A DNA stretch of 64,000 nt from Planctomycetota bacterium (GTDB lineage Bacteria; Planctomycetota; UBA8108; SXIK01), in the NCBI GenBank assembly GCA_965223265.1, contig OZ244999.1, positions 672,001-736,000 of the forward strand, read 5' to 3'. Both the position numbers and the translations under genes were made by a program. The notes below the pieces were generated by a model. The model saw only the letters and a program-made list of their open reading frames with translations, searched no databases and was not told the DNA's origin. Positions 48,659 through 58,831 of the stretch are shown here, in pieces (the stretch's first letter is position 1; each line of letters begins with the position of its first letter).

Positions 48659-50383
48659 ATGTTCTCGTTCGCTTCCGGCTCGTCACGCGGTCCTTTGTCA
48701 CGCAGCGCTCCGCTTCTCTTCGTCGCATTCCTTCCGCACCTGTTCTTGCCATCGGTTGCAGCCGGTCGCGAAGTCACCGTGCTGCACGTCGATGCTGCGA
48801 GTGGGGTCGACTCGCCCGAGCGCGGAGGCGATGCGGCGCAGCCATTCGCGTCGCTTCGTTACGCTCTCGCCTTCGCCGAATCATCAGGGGCCGACGATAT
48901 CGAATTGCGCTTAGCGAGTGGAATCTACGATCACGGAGTGGAACGGTTTCCGATCCGCTTCGAAGGGGGGCTTCGAGCGGTTCGTGTCCGAGCGCCGCAC
49001 GGCGAGGTCCTGTTTCGGTCGGAGTCGGCCGCGCTGCGAGGGAGGGTTCCGCTCTTCGTCGCCGACGCTCTCCTGCTGACTGCGAGTCAGTTTGAGGTTT
49101 CGTTCCACGATGTCCGTTTTGACGGCGGAGTCACGGCGCTGCGCGTTAACGGCAATTCTGGCGTCTCAATGGCGGTCGAGCTCGAAGACTGTGGGTTTTC
49201 GAGTCAGCTTGGCGGCGCGGTCGAGATCGCGCTCGGTCGCGAGGCAACCGCGCAGCTCGACGTTGTCGGTTGCACGTTTCGCGGCAGTTACGGCGGTGTC
49301 CATTTGGAAGCGGCGCTTTCGGCCTCGGTCGACGTTATTGTCGAGCGCTGCAGTTTCGACGCGCTGGGTGCGTTCGGCATTTCGTCACTCCTTGGCGCTG
49401 GAGTATCGCTTCACATCGATCCACGGGCAAGTCTCGACGTGCGTGTCGAGCGCAGTTTGTTTCGGCGTTTGTCGGCGGGCGTTTTGCTAACGACGTCAGA
49501 GCCGGAAGGTCAGGCTGACGAGGGCGGGTTTGTTGACCTCGCAGTTGTGAACAACGTCGTCGAGGATGTGACCAACGGTGCGTACTTCAGTCTTTGGCCT
49601 CACCACGCCACCTCTCTTCTGATCGCGAACAACACCTTCGCACGCGTGGGCGGTTTCGCGATTTATCATGACAACTTGGAGCAATTACGCGCCGAGGACT
49701 TAGTCGACGGGATCAGCTGGACGTTCGCCAATAACATCTGCGTTGCGTTTGAGCAAGACTCTGAGTTCGACGTCGAGATTGGTTCGGATGCGGGCGTCCA
49801 GCCATTCCCCGCGGGAGTCATCGTGCGTCACAATCTTCTTCAGAAAAGTCGCCTGGGAGCCGCACGACAGGATGGAAACCTCAGCTGGGACAGTGAGCTC
49901 GCTGCGCTGTTCGTCGATTACACGGCAGGGGACTATCACTTGCGTCCCGGCACCGCCGCGATCGATAGCGGCAACAATTCTGACGTGGTCGATTCCGTAG
50001 ACTTTGCTGGTGGCTGCCGCCTCGGCAGCGCCATTTGTGGGGTTTTTGGAGACGCCGTCGAATACGTCGTGGACCGCGGCGCGTTCGAGCACGCACTTTT
50101 CTGCGACTCCGAGCCGGCGCACTTTCTTCGTGGGGACTGCAATAGCGGACAGGACGTTGACATCGCCGACGCGATCACTTCGTTCAACTACCTATTCGTA
50201 GGCAACACGTTTCCAACTTGTCTCGATGCGTGTGACACCGACGACAACGGGGGAATCGACATCTCCGATGGGATTGCGCTGCTCAACTTTCTCTTCGTTG
50301 AAGGAGGTGCGGTGATCCCCGATCCCGGGATCTATACGGCCGGTCAGGATCCCTCGCCGGATTGTTTGACGCTTTGCAAGTAG
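48659..50383 (+). CDS. Secreted right-handed beta-helix (DUF1565-like) protein with dockerin-like module
   Basis: LHVDAASGVD...PFASLRYAL...LASGIY..E.FPI; NNT/NNI rungs; GDYHLRPGTAAIDSG...DRGAFE; FLRGDCNSG...CLDACDTDDNG. Confidence 0.85.
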   Translation: MFSFASGSSRGPLSRSAPLLFVAFLPHLFLPSVAAGREVTVLHVDAASGVDSPERGGDAAQPFASLRYALAFAESSGADDIELRLASGIYDHGVERFPIRFEGGLRAVRVRAPHGEVLFRSESAALRGRVPLFVADALLLTASQFEVSFHDVRFDGGVTALRVNGNSGVSMAVELEDCGFSSQLGGAVEIALGREATAQLDVVGCTFRGSYGGVHLEAALSASVDVIVERCSFDALGAFGISSLLGAGVSLHIDPRASLDVRVERSLFRRLSAGVLLTTSEPEGQADEGGFVDLAVVNNVVEDVTNGAYFSLWPHHATSLLIANNTFARVGGFAIYHDNLEQLRAEDLVDGISWTFANNICVAFEQDSEFDVEIGSDAGVQPFPAGVIVRHNLLQKSRLGAARQDGNLSWDSELAALFVDYTAGDYHLRPGTAAIDSGNNSDVVDSVDFAGGCRLGSAICGVFGDAVEYVVDRGAFEHALFCDSEPAHFLRGDCNSGQDVDIADAITSFNYLFVGNTFPTCLDACDTDDNGGIDISDGIALLNFLFVEGGAVIPDPGIYTAGQDPSPDCLTLCK

Positions 50384-50895
50384 TGCGCGAAGATTTCGAG
50401 TCCGTCCGGGACGAACGGCCACTCTTCGATCCTCTTCATCAGTTCGTCGAGGGTGAAGTAGGCTCCCCAGTCGACTTCCGACGCTTGGTGGCGGATCTTT
50501 CCGTCCCAGACAGCCGAATACACAGCGACCCAGCTGCGGTTGTGAGCCCCCCAATAAAGGTGTCGGAATAAGAAGCGTGGCTCGACTCCAGCGATGCCAA
50601 GTTCTTCGTCGATTTCCCGTGCAGCGGCAGCCTCGTACGTCTCGCCACTCGTGACGACACCGCCAACAAACATGTCGTACATGCCCGGGAAGACGTCCTT
50701 GGACTGTGTCCGTCGATGGACGTAGATTTCGCCGGCACTATTAGTGCAGAGGATGCCGACGCCGCGGTGGAGAAGGTTTTGAGTTCGCACCTCGCGACGA
50801 GTGGTTTGTCGAATGATGTTGTTGCTCCGGTCCACCTCGTCAACGAGCTCGTTCGCCGGATCTTGCGGTGAATCCTCGTGATGCAGCCCTGACAT
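50344..50895 (-). CDS. NUDIX hydrolase (YfcD/IDI-like)
   Basis: LLHRGV, HRRTQSKDVFPGMYD, Nudix box GGVVTSGETYEAAAAREIDEELGI; AAGGAG SD before ATG 50895. Confidence 0.9.
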   Translation of the reverse strand: MSGLHHEDSPQDPANELVDEVDRSNNIIRQTTRREVRTQNLLHRGVGILCTNSAGEIYVHRRTQSKDVFPGMYDMFVGGVVTSGETYEAAAAREIDEELGIAGVEPRFLFRHLYWGAHNRSWVAVYSAVWDGKIRHQASEVDWGAYFTLDELMKRIEEWPFVPDGLEIFAHYLQSVKQSGEGS

Positions 50896-51149
50896 GGTAC
50901 TTCTCCTTCGCTGCCTGTCGTCAAGCATGGGTCGACTCGCATTCTACGGCGCTCCACTATCCGTTGCGTGCCTCGCATCTGGGCTTTCGCCGTGATTGAC
51001 TGCGGCGCCGACGCAGACCTCCTTACTCTCGACGGCTAGCCGTTGCAAGGATGCTTCCCCCTCGTTCGTCGCGTCGGTATGATGTCCGCCACCTCGTGGC
51101 ATCAGATCCAGATCGTACGAGTGTGTCCATGTCCAACGTGGAGGGCTGC

Positions 51150-51863
51150 ATGAAAGTCTCGGAGTCGCCTCAGCTCGCTTGGTCCGGCTTCACGCCGGAT
51201 TTGTTTCAGGGAGCGCAGGTGCGTTTGGCCGTCAGCGACCGCGGCATCGCGCGTCTTGAGCTGGCTCGTGTCGACGCGGCTGCTGTGGGCGAGGCCGGTC
51301 CGATCAACGGCGCCGCGCCAGCGGCTGAGCCGTTGGTGGTAGTGAAGGCAAAGGGAGGTCCCGAGGCGCGGACCGCTGTGCCTGCGATGGCGACTCGGTT
51401 CGAGTCGCAGCGTGGCGAGCTCGGGAATCTCCCGCCTTCGCAGTCGCAGCTCCTCCGCGACGCGACAAACGAACTCGAGAGTTATTTCGCTGGCGACCTG
51501 CGTTGCTTCAAGGTGCCGATCGACTTCGACGACCAAGGTTCTTCCTTTCAGAGGCGCGTGTGGCGAGCGCTTCTCGACATTCCATACGGTGAGCTGACGA
51601 CCTACGGCGAGATCGCCGCTGCGCTCGGTAAGCCGGGGGCGGCGCGCGCCGTCGGAGGTGCCGTCGGTGCGAATCCGATCCCAGTCATCGTGCCGTGTCA
51701 CCGCGTGGTCGGCGCTGACCGATCGCTCACCGGGTTCTCATGCGGGCTGTCGTTCAAGGAAACCCTCCTTCAGCTTGAGGGCGTGCGTCTCAGTGCGCTA
51801 CCGAGTCGCAGTCGTGAAACTGTCGGCGATGAGGCGCTGCGGCGGCGTCGCAAGTGTTTGTAG
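51150..51863 (+). CDS. ogt: Methylated-DNA--protein-cysteine S-methyltransferase
   Basis: FQRRVWRALLDIPYG, AARAVGGA, NP...VPCHRVV active site. Confidence 0.92.
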   Translation: MKVSESPQLAWSGFTPDLFQGAQVRLAVSDRGIARLELARVDAAAVGEAGPINGAAPAAEPLVVVKAKGGPEARTAVPAMATRFESQRGELGNLPPSQSQLLRDATNELESYFAGDLRCFKVPIDFDDQGSSFQRRVWRALLDIPYGELTTYGEIAAALGKPGAARAVGGAVGANPIPVIVPCHRVVGADRSLTGFSCGLSFKETLLQLEGVRLSALPSRSRETVGDEALRRRRKCL

Positions 51864-51999
51864 GAAGGTGACGGGCACGATTTCGACGCTACGGATATGG
51901 CGCGGTTCGTGGTCTTTCTGACGTGTCTTCTGGCCTGACACGCGTCGCTTCATTGCAAACGCAGGAGACTTCACCCGCCGCTCGTGCAGCGGGCGCGGA

Positions 52000-52144
52000 G
52001 ATTCAGAGACAGATTCAGATTCGGAGACAGAGACGGATTCAGCTTCAGTTTCAGATTCAGAGACAGACACAGAGACAGCTTCAGAGACAGAGACAGCGAC
52101 AGCGACAGATTCAGAGACAGAGACAGCTTCAGATTACAGATTCA
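52000..52144. repeat. Degenerate hexamer array (about 24 units, GATTCA/GAGACA)
   Basis: 22 in-phase hexamers at 52000-52131 plus two more units, between the convergent ogt and GNAT genes. Confidence 0.9.
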
Positions 52145-52307
52145 GAAGTAGAGTACTCGTACACCCGCGCCCACGCGCATGGGCGCGTACCGAGCTGCCG
52201 TGGCCGAGCGCGAAGCGCCCGAAGCGACACTCGAGCGCCTCTGCGACGTCCGTTGACGCTCGCGGTCGCTGCGACAGCAGTCACGGGAGCGCTGGGCCAC
52301 AGCGACC

Positions 52308-53282
52308 TTATCCGACTCCCCGCGTCGAGTCCGCTGCGACGAGGTCTTTCTTGAAGACGTCGTAGTGGAGGCTTTCTGCCGCGCCGAGCAGCGATCGGTA
52401 GTATTCCGCCGGTCCGATCCAGGAAATCACCGCGGTGGAGGAGGTCGCTCCTGCGCCGATGTCAGCCAGTGCTTTCTTGAGCAGTGCGACACCGATGCGG
52501 CGACCGCGATAGTCTGGCAGCGTCGCCATCGGGCCGAACGCGTTGGCGGCCCACAATCGACTGACGGCGAAGGCAGCGAGCCGGTTGCCGTCGAGCGCTA
52601 GCCAGACGCTCGCGCCGCTGCCGTAGCCAAGCGCAAACGTCAACTCTGTGGCCCAGGTCGGCGACAGTGCTGCCGCTTGTGGCACCACCTGCAGGATGTC
52701 TTCGTCGGCGCTGTCAGGGTGTGCCCGCCGAAGCGTCAGGCCGCCGGACGCCAAACGGTCGACGTCGGCGTCGGTAGCGGCCGTGAACGAACTATCGCGC
52801 AGTGTGTTCAGCGGCAGGGTCATGCTGCTGCGAACCATCTGGACTGTGTAGCCCGCTGCCTCGATGAACCTGGCCAACCGCTGACGCCGTTTCGGAACCC
52901 CCGGAAGGAGATAGACAGGAGCTGCACCGCCGAAAGTCACGGCGTCACAACCGCGGCTCTTGAGTTCTGACTCGAGGCGTCCCAAAAGGCTCAGGGCGAG
53001 TTCCGTCCTTCCTTGCCGCTCGAGCTCGCGGATGTGGAACAGTTTGATGTGTCCTGTGCTCGCTTCGCCCGCACGTGGCGCGAGCTTTCGAGGCACAGCC
53101 GCTGCAGCTGCGACGAGTTCTCGTCCATCGCTCACGCCGAAACGAAGTTCCGGCGCCGCGTCGGGGTCATCGAAGAGATTGCGAGTGAGATAATCGCGGT
53201 CGAGCTCTAACTCAGAAAAATCGTGTCGCACAAGGTCGAGGACTTGGTCGACGTGCTGCGGAGTCAGTGTGAACGTCTTCAC
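52308..53282 (-). CDS. Tandem-domain GNAT-family N-acetyltransferase
   Basis: FGPMATLPDYRGRRIGVALL acetyl-CoA motif; degenerate N-terminal copy (ERQGR); 13 bp downstream of polA. Confidence 0.85.
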   Translation of the reverse strand: MKTFTLTPQHVDQVLDLVRHDFSELELDRDYLTRNLFDDPDAAPELRFGVSDGRELVAAAAAVPRKLAPRAGEASTGHIKLFHIRELERQGRTELALSLLGRLESELKSRGCDAVTFGGAAPVYLLPGVPKRRQRLARFIEAAGYTVQMVRSSMTLPLNTLRDSSFTAATDADVDRLASGGLTLRRAHPDSADEDILQVVPQAAALSPTWATELTFALGYGSGASVWLALDGNRLAAFAVSRLWAANAFGPMATLPDYRGRRIGVALLKKALADIGAGATSSTAVISWIGPAEYYRSLLGAAESLHYDVFKKDLVAADSTRGVG

Positions 53283-53295
53283 GGCGGAGAGGGTC

Positions 53296-56058
53296 TCATT
53301 TGGCCTCGAGCCACGAATCGCCGAACGCGACGTCGACCTTCAAAGCGACAGTGAGCTCGATCGCATTTTCCATCTCGCTGCGTACGAGTTGAGCCATTCT
53401 CTGAACATCCTTCTTCGGTGATTCCAAAACGAGTTCGTCATGCACCTGAATGAGAAGAACGAGGGGCAAGGACTCGGAGAGGATGCGGCGGTGAAGCCGT
53501 ACCATCGCCACTTTGATAATGTCGGCGGCGGTGCCCTGAACAACTGTGTTGATCGCGAGGCGTTCTCCGAGCGCCCGCCGCATGCGATTGCGCGAGTAGA
53601 TTTCCGGGATCGGCCTATGTCGGCCAAGAAGCGTCGATACCTTGCCGCTCTCCTGTGCATCTGAAACACATCGATCCATGAACTCGACGATGCCACGGTA
53701 ACGCTTCTTGTAGGCATCGATGAAGTCGGCGGCTTGGCGTCGCGGAATCCCCAGGGTGTTGGCCAGGCCGAAAGCGCCTTGTCCATAAATGATTCCGAAG
53801 TTGATGGCTTTGGCCCGCGTGCGTTCCTCACGTGTGACGTCTTCAATCGCGACACCTGCAACCTGCGCCGCGACGGCGGCGTGAATGTCTTGGTCGTTGC
53901 GGAACGCCTCAATGAGATTCTCGTCTTGGGAAAAGTGCGCGAGCACGCGCAGTTCAATTTGAGAGTAGTCGGCGACGATCAGAGCGTCATCTGCTGTCGA
54001 CGGCACGAACGCTCTACGGATTTCCCTACCTTGCTCGGTACGAATCGGTATGTTCTGTATGTTCGGATCCGACGAGGAAAGCCGACCAGTCGCAGTGACG
54101 GTCTGATGGAAGCTTGCGTGGAGTCTGCCTGTCTTGGGCGAGACGAGCTGCGGTAGTGGATCGACGTAGGTGCCGCGGAGTTTTGCCAGCTCGCGATACT
54201 CGAGCACGAGCTGCGGCAAAGGATGGTCGGATTCAGCAGCGAGCACGCGGAGAACCTCGGCGTCTGTGCTGCGTCCGGTTTTCGTCTTCTTCACTACCCG
54301 AAGTCCGAGCTCGTCAAAAAGAACGGCGCTGAGCTGCTTGGGGGAATCGATGACAAATTCGTGCCCCGCAGCTTCCTGGACTCTCGCCTTTAGAGATTCG
54401 ATTCTTTCGGCCATAGAATCGCTGATCGATCTGAGCAGCTGCGTATCGAGCTTGACGCCGGCCGACTCCATCGCAGCAAGAACCTCGACGAGAGGAACCT
54501 CGACGTCGTAGTAGAGCGACTTCATCGGCGACGCGTCGATGAGCGGCTTCAGGAGCTCATAGAGTCGCCACGTGATCTCGGCGTCCTCGGCCGCGTAGTC
54601 GGTGAGTTCTTGTGGGTTTGCTTCGAGAAGCGTCGTTTGATGTTTTCCTTTGCCGATCAGTGTCGAGATCGGGATGGTTTCATGGCCAAGAAGATCCTTC
54701 GCAAGATCATCCATGCCATGGCCGCGGCGTTCGGGGTGAAGCAGATAGGAGGCCACCATGGTGTCAAAGTGGACACCACGCACAGCGATGCCTACCGTTC
54801 TCAACACTTGCACGTCATATTTTAGGTTCTGGCCGCATTTCTTGATGGAGGCGTCTTCGAGAAACGGTTTCAAGCGTGCCAGTGTTTCCTGAAACGGTAA
54901 GGTCTTACCCAGGTGTGAGCGCAGCGGTAGGTAGTAGGCGTCACCCGTGGCCCAGGAAAAAGAGAGACCGACAAGCTCGCAATCGACTGGGCGCAGAGAG
55001 GTCGTTTCCGTATCGAACGCGAACACCTTCTGTCGGGAGAGCGCTGCGACGAATTCCTCGAACGCCGCAGGAGTAACGACGGCGGTGTAAGATCCCGGCG
55101 TTGTCTTGGTCATGCCTGTGGCACCGTCGCGCTCGGTCGCGCCTTCGGCTCCAGGGGAGTCGACGACCGGAGCGTCTGGCGTGCTGGCAGAGTCGTTACC
55201 CGCGGCCAAAGTGTCGAGCTGCGTAAGAATTCGATTCAATCCGAGTTCCTTGAGGAGCGGCCGCAGCTTTTCGGAGGCAAGTGGTCGCCGTTCGCACGCT
55301 TGCAGATCGAATTCGACCGGGACGTCCCGTCGGAGTGTGACCAGGTCTCGCGTTGTCTCCAGCTGGTCACGAAACGCCAAGACGTTCTCGCGCATCTTTG
55401 GCGTGAGTTCATCTGCGTGCTCTATGACCGCCGCAGCCGAGCCGTATTTCGCGAGCAGCGCTACTGCCTTCTTGACACCGACGAGGTGGATGCCTGGGAC
55501 GTTGTCGGTCTTGTCGCCGGTGAGTGTTTGGATCTCCACGGCCAGCTCCGGACCGAAACCATGTTTGGCGCGCAATCCCTCGTCGTCGAGGACCTCGCCC
55601 GTCACAGGGTCCCATAGGTGCACGTTGCGGTTGAGCAGCTGATAGAGATCCTTGTCCTTACTCACTATGGACAGCTCGACGTCCACGCCGGCGAGCTTCT
55701 CCGCGATGGTGGCTATGACGTCATCCGCCTCATACCCTGGCACACGGAACAGCGGGATGCCAAGCAGCTCGATCACCTCGACGATGCGTTCGATCTGCGG
55801 TGCAAGATCTTCTGGAGCCTCGTCTCGCGTCGCTTTGTAGTCCGCGTCAATTTCACGACGAAACGTCGTCGCATCGCTGACGTCCATGGCGACAGCAAAG
55901 TAATCGGGGCGCTGTTCGCGCAAAATCGATAGGAGCATCTGCGTAAAGATGTGAGTCGCCTTGACAGGCTCGCCCGCAGGAGAGGTGAGCGGCTGGAACG
56001 GGGCGTAGTACGCCCGAAAGATTTGCGCGTGTCCGTCGATGAGAAAGAAGCGCTTCAA
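53296..56058 (-). CDS. polA: DNA polymerase I
   Basis: 5'-exo (LIDGH, YEADD, GDKTDNVPG), 3'-exo (FDTET, NLKYD, YAAED), polymerase motifs DYSQIELR, KAINFGIIYG, QVHDE. Confidence 0.97.
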   Translation of the reverse strand: MKRFFLIDGHAQIFRAYYAPFQPLTSPAGEPVKATHIFTQMLLSILREQRPDYFAVAMDVSDATTFRREIDADYKATRDEAPEDLAPQIERIVEVIELLGIPLFRVPGYEADDVIATIAEKLAGVDVELSIVSKDKDLYQLLNRNVHLWDPVTGEVLDDEGLRAKHGFGPELAVEIQTLTGDKTDNVPGIHLVGVKKAVALLAKYGSAAAVIEHADELTPKMRENVLAFRDQLETTRDLVTLRRDVPVEFDLQACERRPLASEKLRPLLKELGLNRILTQLDTLAAGNDSASTPDAPVVDSPGAEGATERDGATGMTKTTPGSYTAVVTPAAFEEFVAALSRQKVFAFDTETTSLRPVDCELVGLSFSWATGDAYYLPLRSHLGKTLPFQETLARLKPFLEDASIKKCGQNLKYDVQVLRTVGIAVRGVHFDTMVASYLLHPERRGHGMDDLAKDLLGHETIPISTLIGKGKHQTTLLEANPQELTDYAAEDAEITWRLYELLKPLIDASPMKSLYYDVEVPLVEVLAAMESAGVKLDTQLLRSISDSMAERIESLKARVQEAAGHEFVIDSPKQLSAVLFDELGLRVVKKTKTGRSTDAEVLRVLAAESDHPLPQLVLEYRELAKLRGTYVDPLPQLVSPKTGRLHASFHQTVTATGRLSSSDPNIQNIPIRTEQGREIRRAFVPSTADDALIVADYSQIELRVLAHFSQDENLIEAFRNDQDIHAAVAAQVAGVAIEDVTREERTRAKAINFGIIYGQGAFGLANTLGIPRRQAADFIDAYKKRYRGIVEFMDRCVSDAQESGKVSTLLGRHRPIPEIYSRNRMRRALGERLAINTVVQGTAADIIKVAMVRLHRRILSESLPLVLLIQVHDELVLESPKKDVQRMAQLVRSEMENAIELTVALKVDVAFGDSWLEAK

Positions 56059-56352
56059 AACTCAACACCTCGCTCTACTTGCACGCGTACTGCGCTACCA
56101 CCTCGTTCGATCTGCGCTTGCCGTGTCGACACCTGTGGCACCGAGGACGACCTCGCACGCCGCGCGACATTCGTTGACCACCAAGCCGTGGGATCATAGC
56201 ACGAAGGATTCGGTTGTGAGTTGATTTTTGTTGCGCTTGTGCTTACGCTTCGCCGCAGAGAACGGTTGTGTTCGGCACCTCGTTGTGTGGCAACGCTTCG
56301 AACTCGAGTTTCGCGCCTTGGTCCCTCGCAAGAATCCGTTACGCGTGATCCT

Positions 56353-57582
56353 GTGAACATTGCTGCCGTCGTGCCTGCGACAGCTTGCCTCGTTTTGATC
56401 ATCGGCAGCGTCGGGTTGTTGAGCGGTTGTCAGCACGAGCCTGCACCAACGATGACAGGGCTGGAGGTGTTGGCGGCGGAGAATTTCGAGGCGCTACGTG
56501 GCCGCCGCGTCGCCGTCGTCACCAATCAGACGGGTGTCGACGGTGACTTGCGAGGTCTCACCGAGCTCATTGCAGCCGCGCCCCATGTGCAGCTCGTCGC
56601 CTTGTTCTCTCCTGAGCACGGGTTTCGCGGCGCGGCAGCCGCAGGTGCTCACGTCGCCGATGGGCGCGAAGCCGCGACTGCTGTGCCGGTCTATAGCCTC
56701 TACGGGAAGGTGCGGCGACCCACGAGCGACATGCTCACAGGGGTCGATGTGGTTCTCTTCGATATTCAGGACGTCGGTGTGCGGACGTACACGTATCTCG
56801 CGACGCTCAAGGAGGTCCTCTACGCTGCCGCCGCGAACGGGGTTGAAGTGTGGGTACTGGACCGGCCAGTGCCGATCGGCGGCGAAACGATCGAGGGGCC
56901 TGTGTCGAGGGCAGAGTTCGAATCGTTCGTAGCGCCGCATCCAGTCGCGCTTCGTCACGGCATGACGGCGGGTGAATTCGCGCGCATGCTGAACGACGAG
57001 CGAAGAATCGGCGCCGATCTCAGGGTCGTGCGAATGAGTGGATATCGGCGCGGCGCGCAGTGCTCTGAAGACGGCAAGTGGATCGCACCATCGCCGAACA
57101 TCCCCACGCGTCGCTCCGCGTTCGCGTACGCCGCTACGGTACTGGTTGAGGGGACGAATCTCAGCGAAGGGCGCGGCACGACTCGACCGTTCGAGCTGAT
57201 CGGCGCTCCGTGGCTCGACGGCGTTGCTCTCGCGCAGCAGTTGAACGCGCTGCGTTTGCCCGGGTGCCGGTTTCGAGCCGTGACGTTTCGTCCTTGGTTT
57301 TCGAAGTATCGCGGTGAGGATTGCGAGGGCGTGCAGCTGCACATCGATGCACCGCAGCGATTCCGTGCCGCCGAGGTTGCGGTCGCGCTGTTGTCCTCCG
57401 TGCAGCGGTTACATCCAGACGAGTTCGAATTCGATGCGGATCGTTTCGACCGCCTCGCCGGTTCGTCGGCGCTTCGAACGATGGTCGTGTCGGGGGAGGT
57501 GTGGCGCAAAATCGCCGCGTCGTGGAGCGCAGATCTTGATGCCTTCCGCGCACGTCGCGCACGGTTTTTGCTTTATCAATGA
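56353..57582 (+). CDS. namZ: DUF1343 / NamZ-family exo-beta-N-acetylmuramidase, probable lipoprotein
   Basis: VTNQTG, FSPEHG, FDIQDVGVRTYTY, RHGMTAGE, PSPN, SEGRGTTRPFE; lipobox LSG-C. Start uncertain. Confidence 0.88.
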   Translation: MNIAAVVPATACLVLIIGSVGLLSGCQHEPAPTMTGLEVLAAENFEALRGRRVAVVTNQTGVDGDLRGLTELIAAAPHVQLVALFSPEHGFRGAAAAGAHVADGREAATAVPVYSLYGKVRRPTSDMLTGVDVVLFDIQDVGVRTYTYLATLKEVLYAAAANGVEVWVLDRPVPIGGETIEGPVSRAEFESFVAPHPVALRHGMTAGEFARMLNDERRIGADLRVVRMSGYRRGAQCSEDGKWIAPSPNIPTRRSAFAYAATVLVEGTNLSEGRGTTRPFELIGAPWLDGVALAQQLNALRLPGCRFRAVTFRPWFSKYRGEDCEGVQLHIDAPQRFRAAEVAVALLSSVQRLHPDEFEFDADRFDRLAGSSALRTMVVSGEVWRKIAASWSADLDAFRARRARFLLYQ

Positions 57583-57625
57583 GCGGCGACAACGCAGTGA
57601 GCCGTGTCGTGACCGCCACATCGAG

Positions 57626-58831
57626 CTAGCGATCGTCGTAAATCACGAGGTTGTCGCGGTGAATAAACTCTACGACGTCGCGCCCTGACTCGGTGCTCAC
57701 CTCTTCCGACGTTTTGCCAACGAGCGACTGAGCCGCCGCAGCATCGTAGTTGGCGACGCCGCGACCAATCTCCTCGCCGCCTCCGGTAGCGAGTGTCACG
57801 ATTTCACCTTCACGAAAGCTTCCTTCAATGCTGACAACGCCGGCGAAGAGCAGACTCGAAGCGCGCGCGGTGAGGGCTTCTTCGGCGCCGCGGTTGACAG
57901 TAACACGGCCAGTAGGTATCGAGGCATAGGCGAGCCAGCGTTTGCGGCTTGTCAGACGCTGTTTCGGTAGAAAGAGCGTGCCGACTTCATCTCCGGCAAG
58001 CACCCGCGCCACAACCCCCGGGCGGTGCCCGCTCGCAATGACGGCAAGGCCGCCTGACGCTAACGCGATGCGAATGGAGTCAAGCTTGCTGCTCATTCCA
58101 CCGCGACCACGGTGTTTGCCGAAACTCGCCATCGATTCAATCTCAGCGTTGATTTCTTCGACGACCGATAGCGGCCCGGAATGCGCGTCACCGCTGCTCT
58201 CCGCGTCTTCTGTGTAGTTTCGATAGAGCCCCTCGACGTCCGTCAGAAGGATCAGCAACTCGGCGTTGAGTTTCGACATGACCTGTGCAGAGAGGCGATC
58301 GTTGTCACCGAACACGCCTCGTGCGCCGCGCAGATTCGTTGGCGATTGAATCTCACTGGTGGAGACAGTGTCGTTTTCGTTGACCACCGGAATGACGCGT
58401 TCGCCGAGCAAATGCTCAAGAGTATTGCGGAGATTCAGGTACCGGGCGCGGTTCGCGAGGTCGTCCTCTGTGAGAAGTACTTGAGCCATCGACACTCCCC
58501 AGCGCTCGAATGCCTGCTCGTACGTCGACATCAGACGAATCTGGCCGACGGCGGCGCACGCCTGCAGCGCGGGAAGGTCGCTCGGCTTGGTCTGAATTCC
58601 GAGCCGGTGCATGCCCATGCTGATCGCTCCCGACGACACGACGATGATCTGCAGGCCACGGCGGTGAAGTTCGACGATGTCCTCGATCAAGGAGTGAAAT
58701 CGCCCCATCGCCATCTCTCCGTCGTGGCGCGTCAGGACGTTCGTTCCCACTTTGACGACGACGCGCCGGATTCCCGCCATCAGCTCGGTTCGGCTTGCGG
58801 CGTTCGGGGGCGTTGGAGGCTTGCGAGTCAT
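57626..58831 (-). CDS. proB: Glutamate 5-kinase with PUA domain
   Basis: VVVKVGT, VSSGAI, AAVGQ, NENDTV, FGDNDRL, GGMSSK, IHRDNL. Confidence 0.95.
   Translation of the reverse strand: MTRKPPTPPNAASRTELMAGIRRVVVKVGTNVLTRHDGEMAMGRFHSLIEDIVELHRRGLQIIVVSSGAISMGMHRLGIQTKPSDLPALQACAAVGQIRLMSTYEQAFERWGVSMAQVLLTEDDLANRARYLNLRNTLEHLLGERVIPVVNENDTVSTSEIQSPTNLRGARGVFGDNDRLSAQVMSKLNAELLILLTDVEGLYRNYTEDAESSGDAHSGPLSVVEEINAEIESMASFGKHRGRGGMSSKLDSIRIALASGGLAVIASGHRPGVVARVLAGDEVGTLFLPKQRLTSRKRWLAYASIPTGRVTVNRGAEEALTARASSLLFAGVVSIEGSFREGEIVTLATGGGEEIGRGVANYDAAAAQSLVGKTSEEVSTESGRDVVEFIHRDNLVIYDDR

Noticed and set aside
50344-50383. 40-bp convergent 3' overlap of the beta-helix/dockerin and NUDIX genes
   Set aside because: Short tail-to-tail overlaps are common; both proteins look complete.
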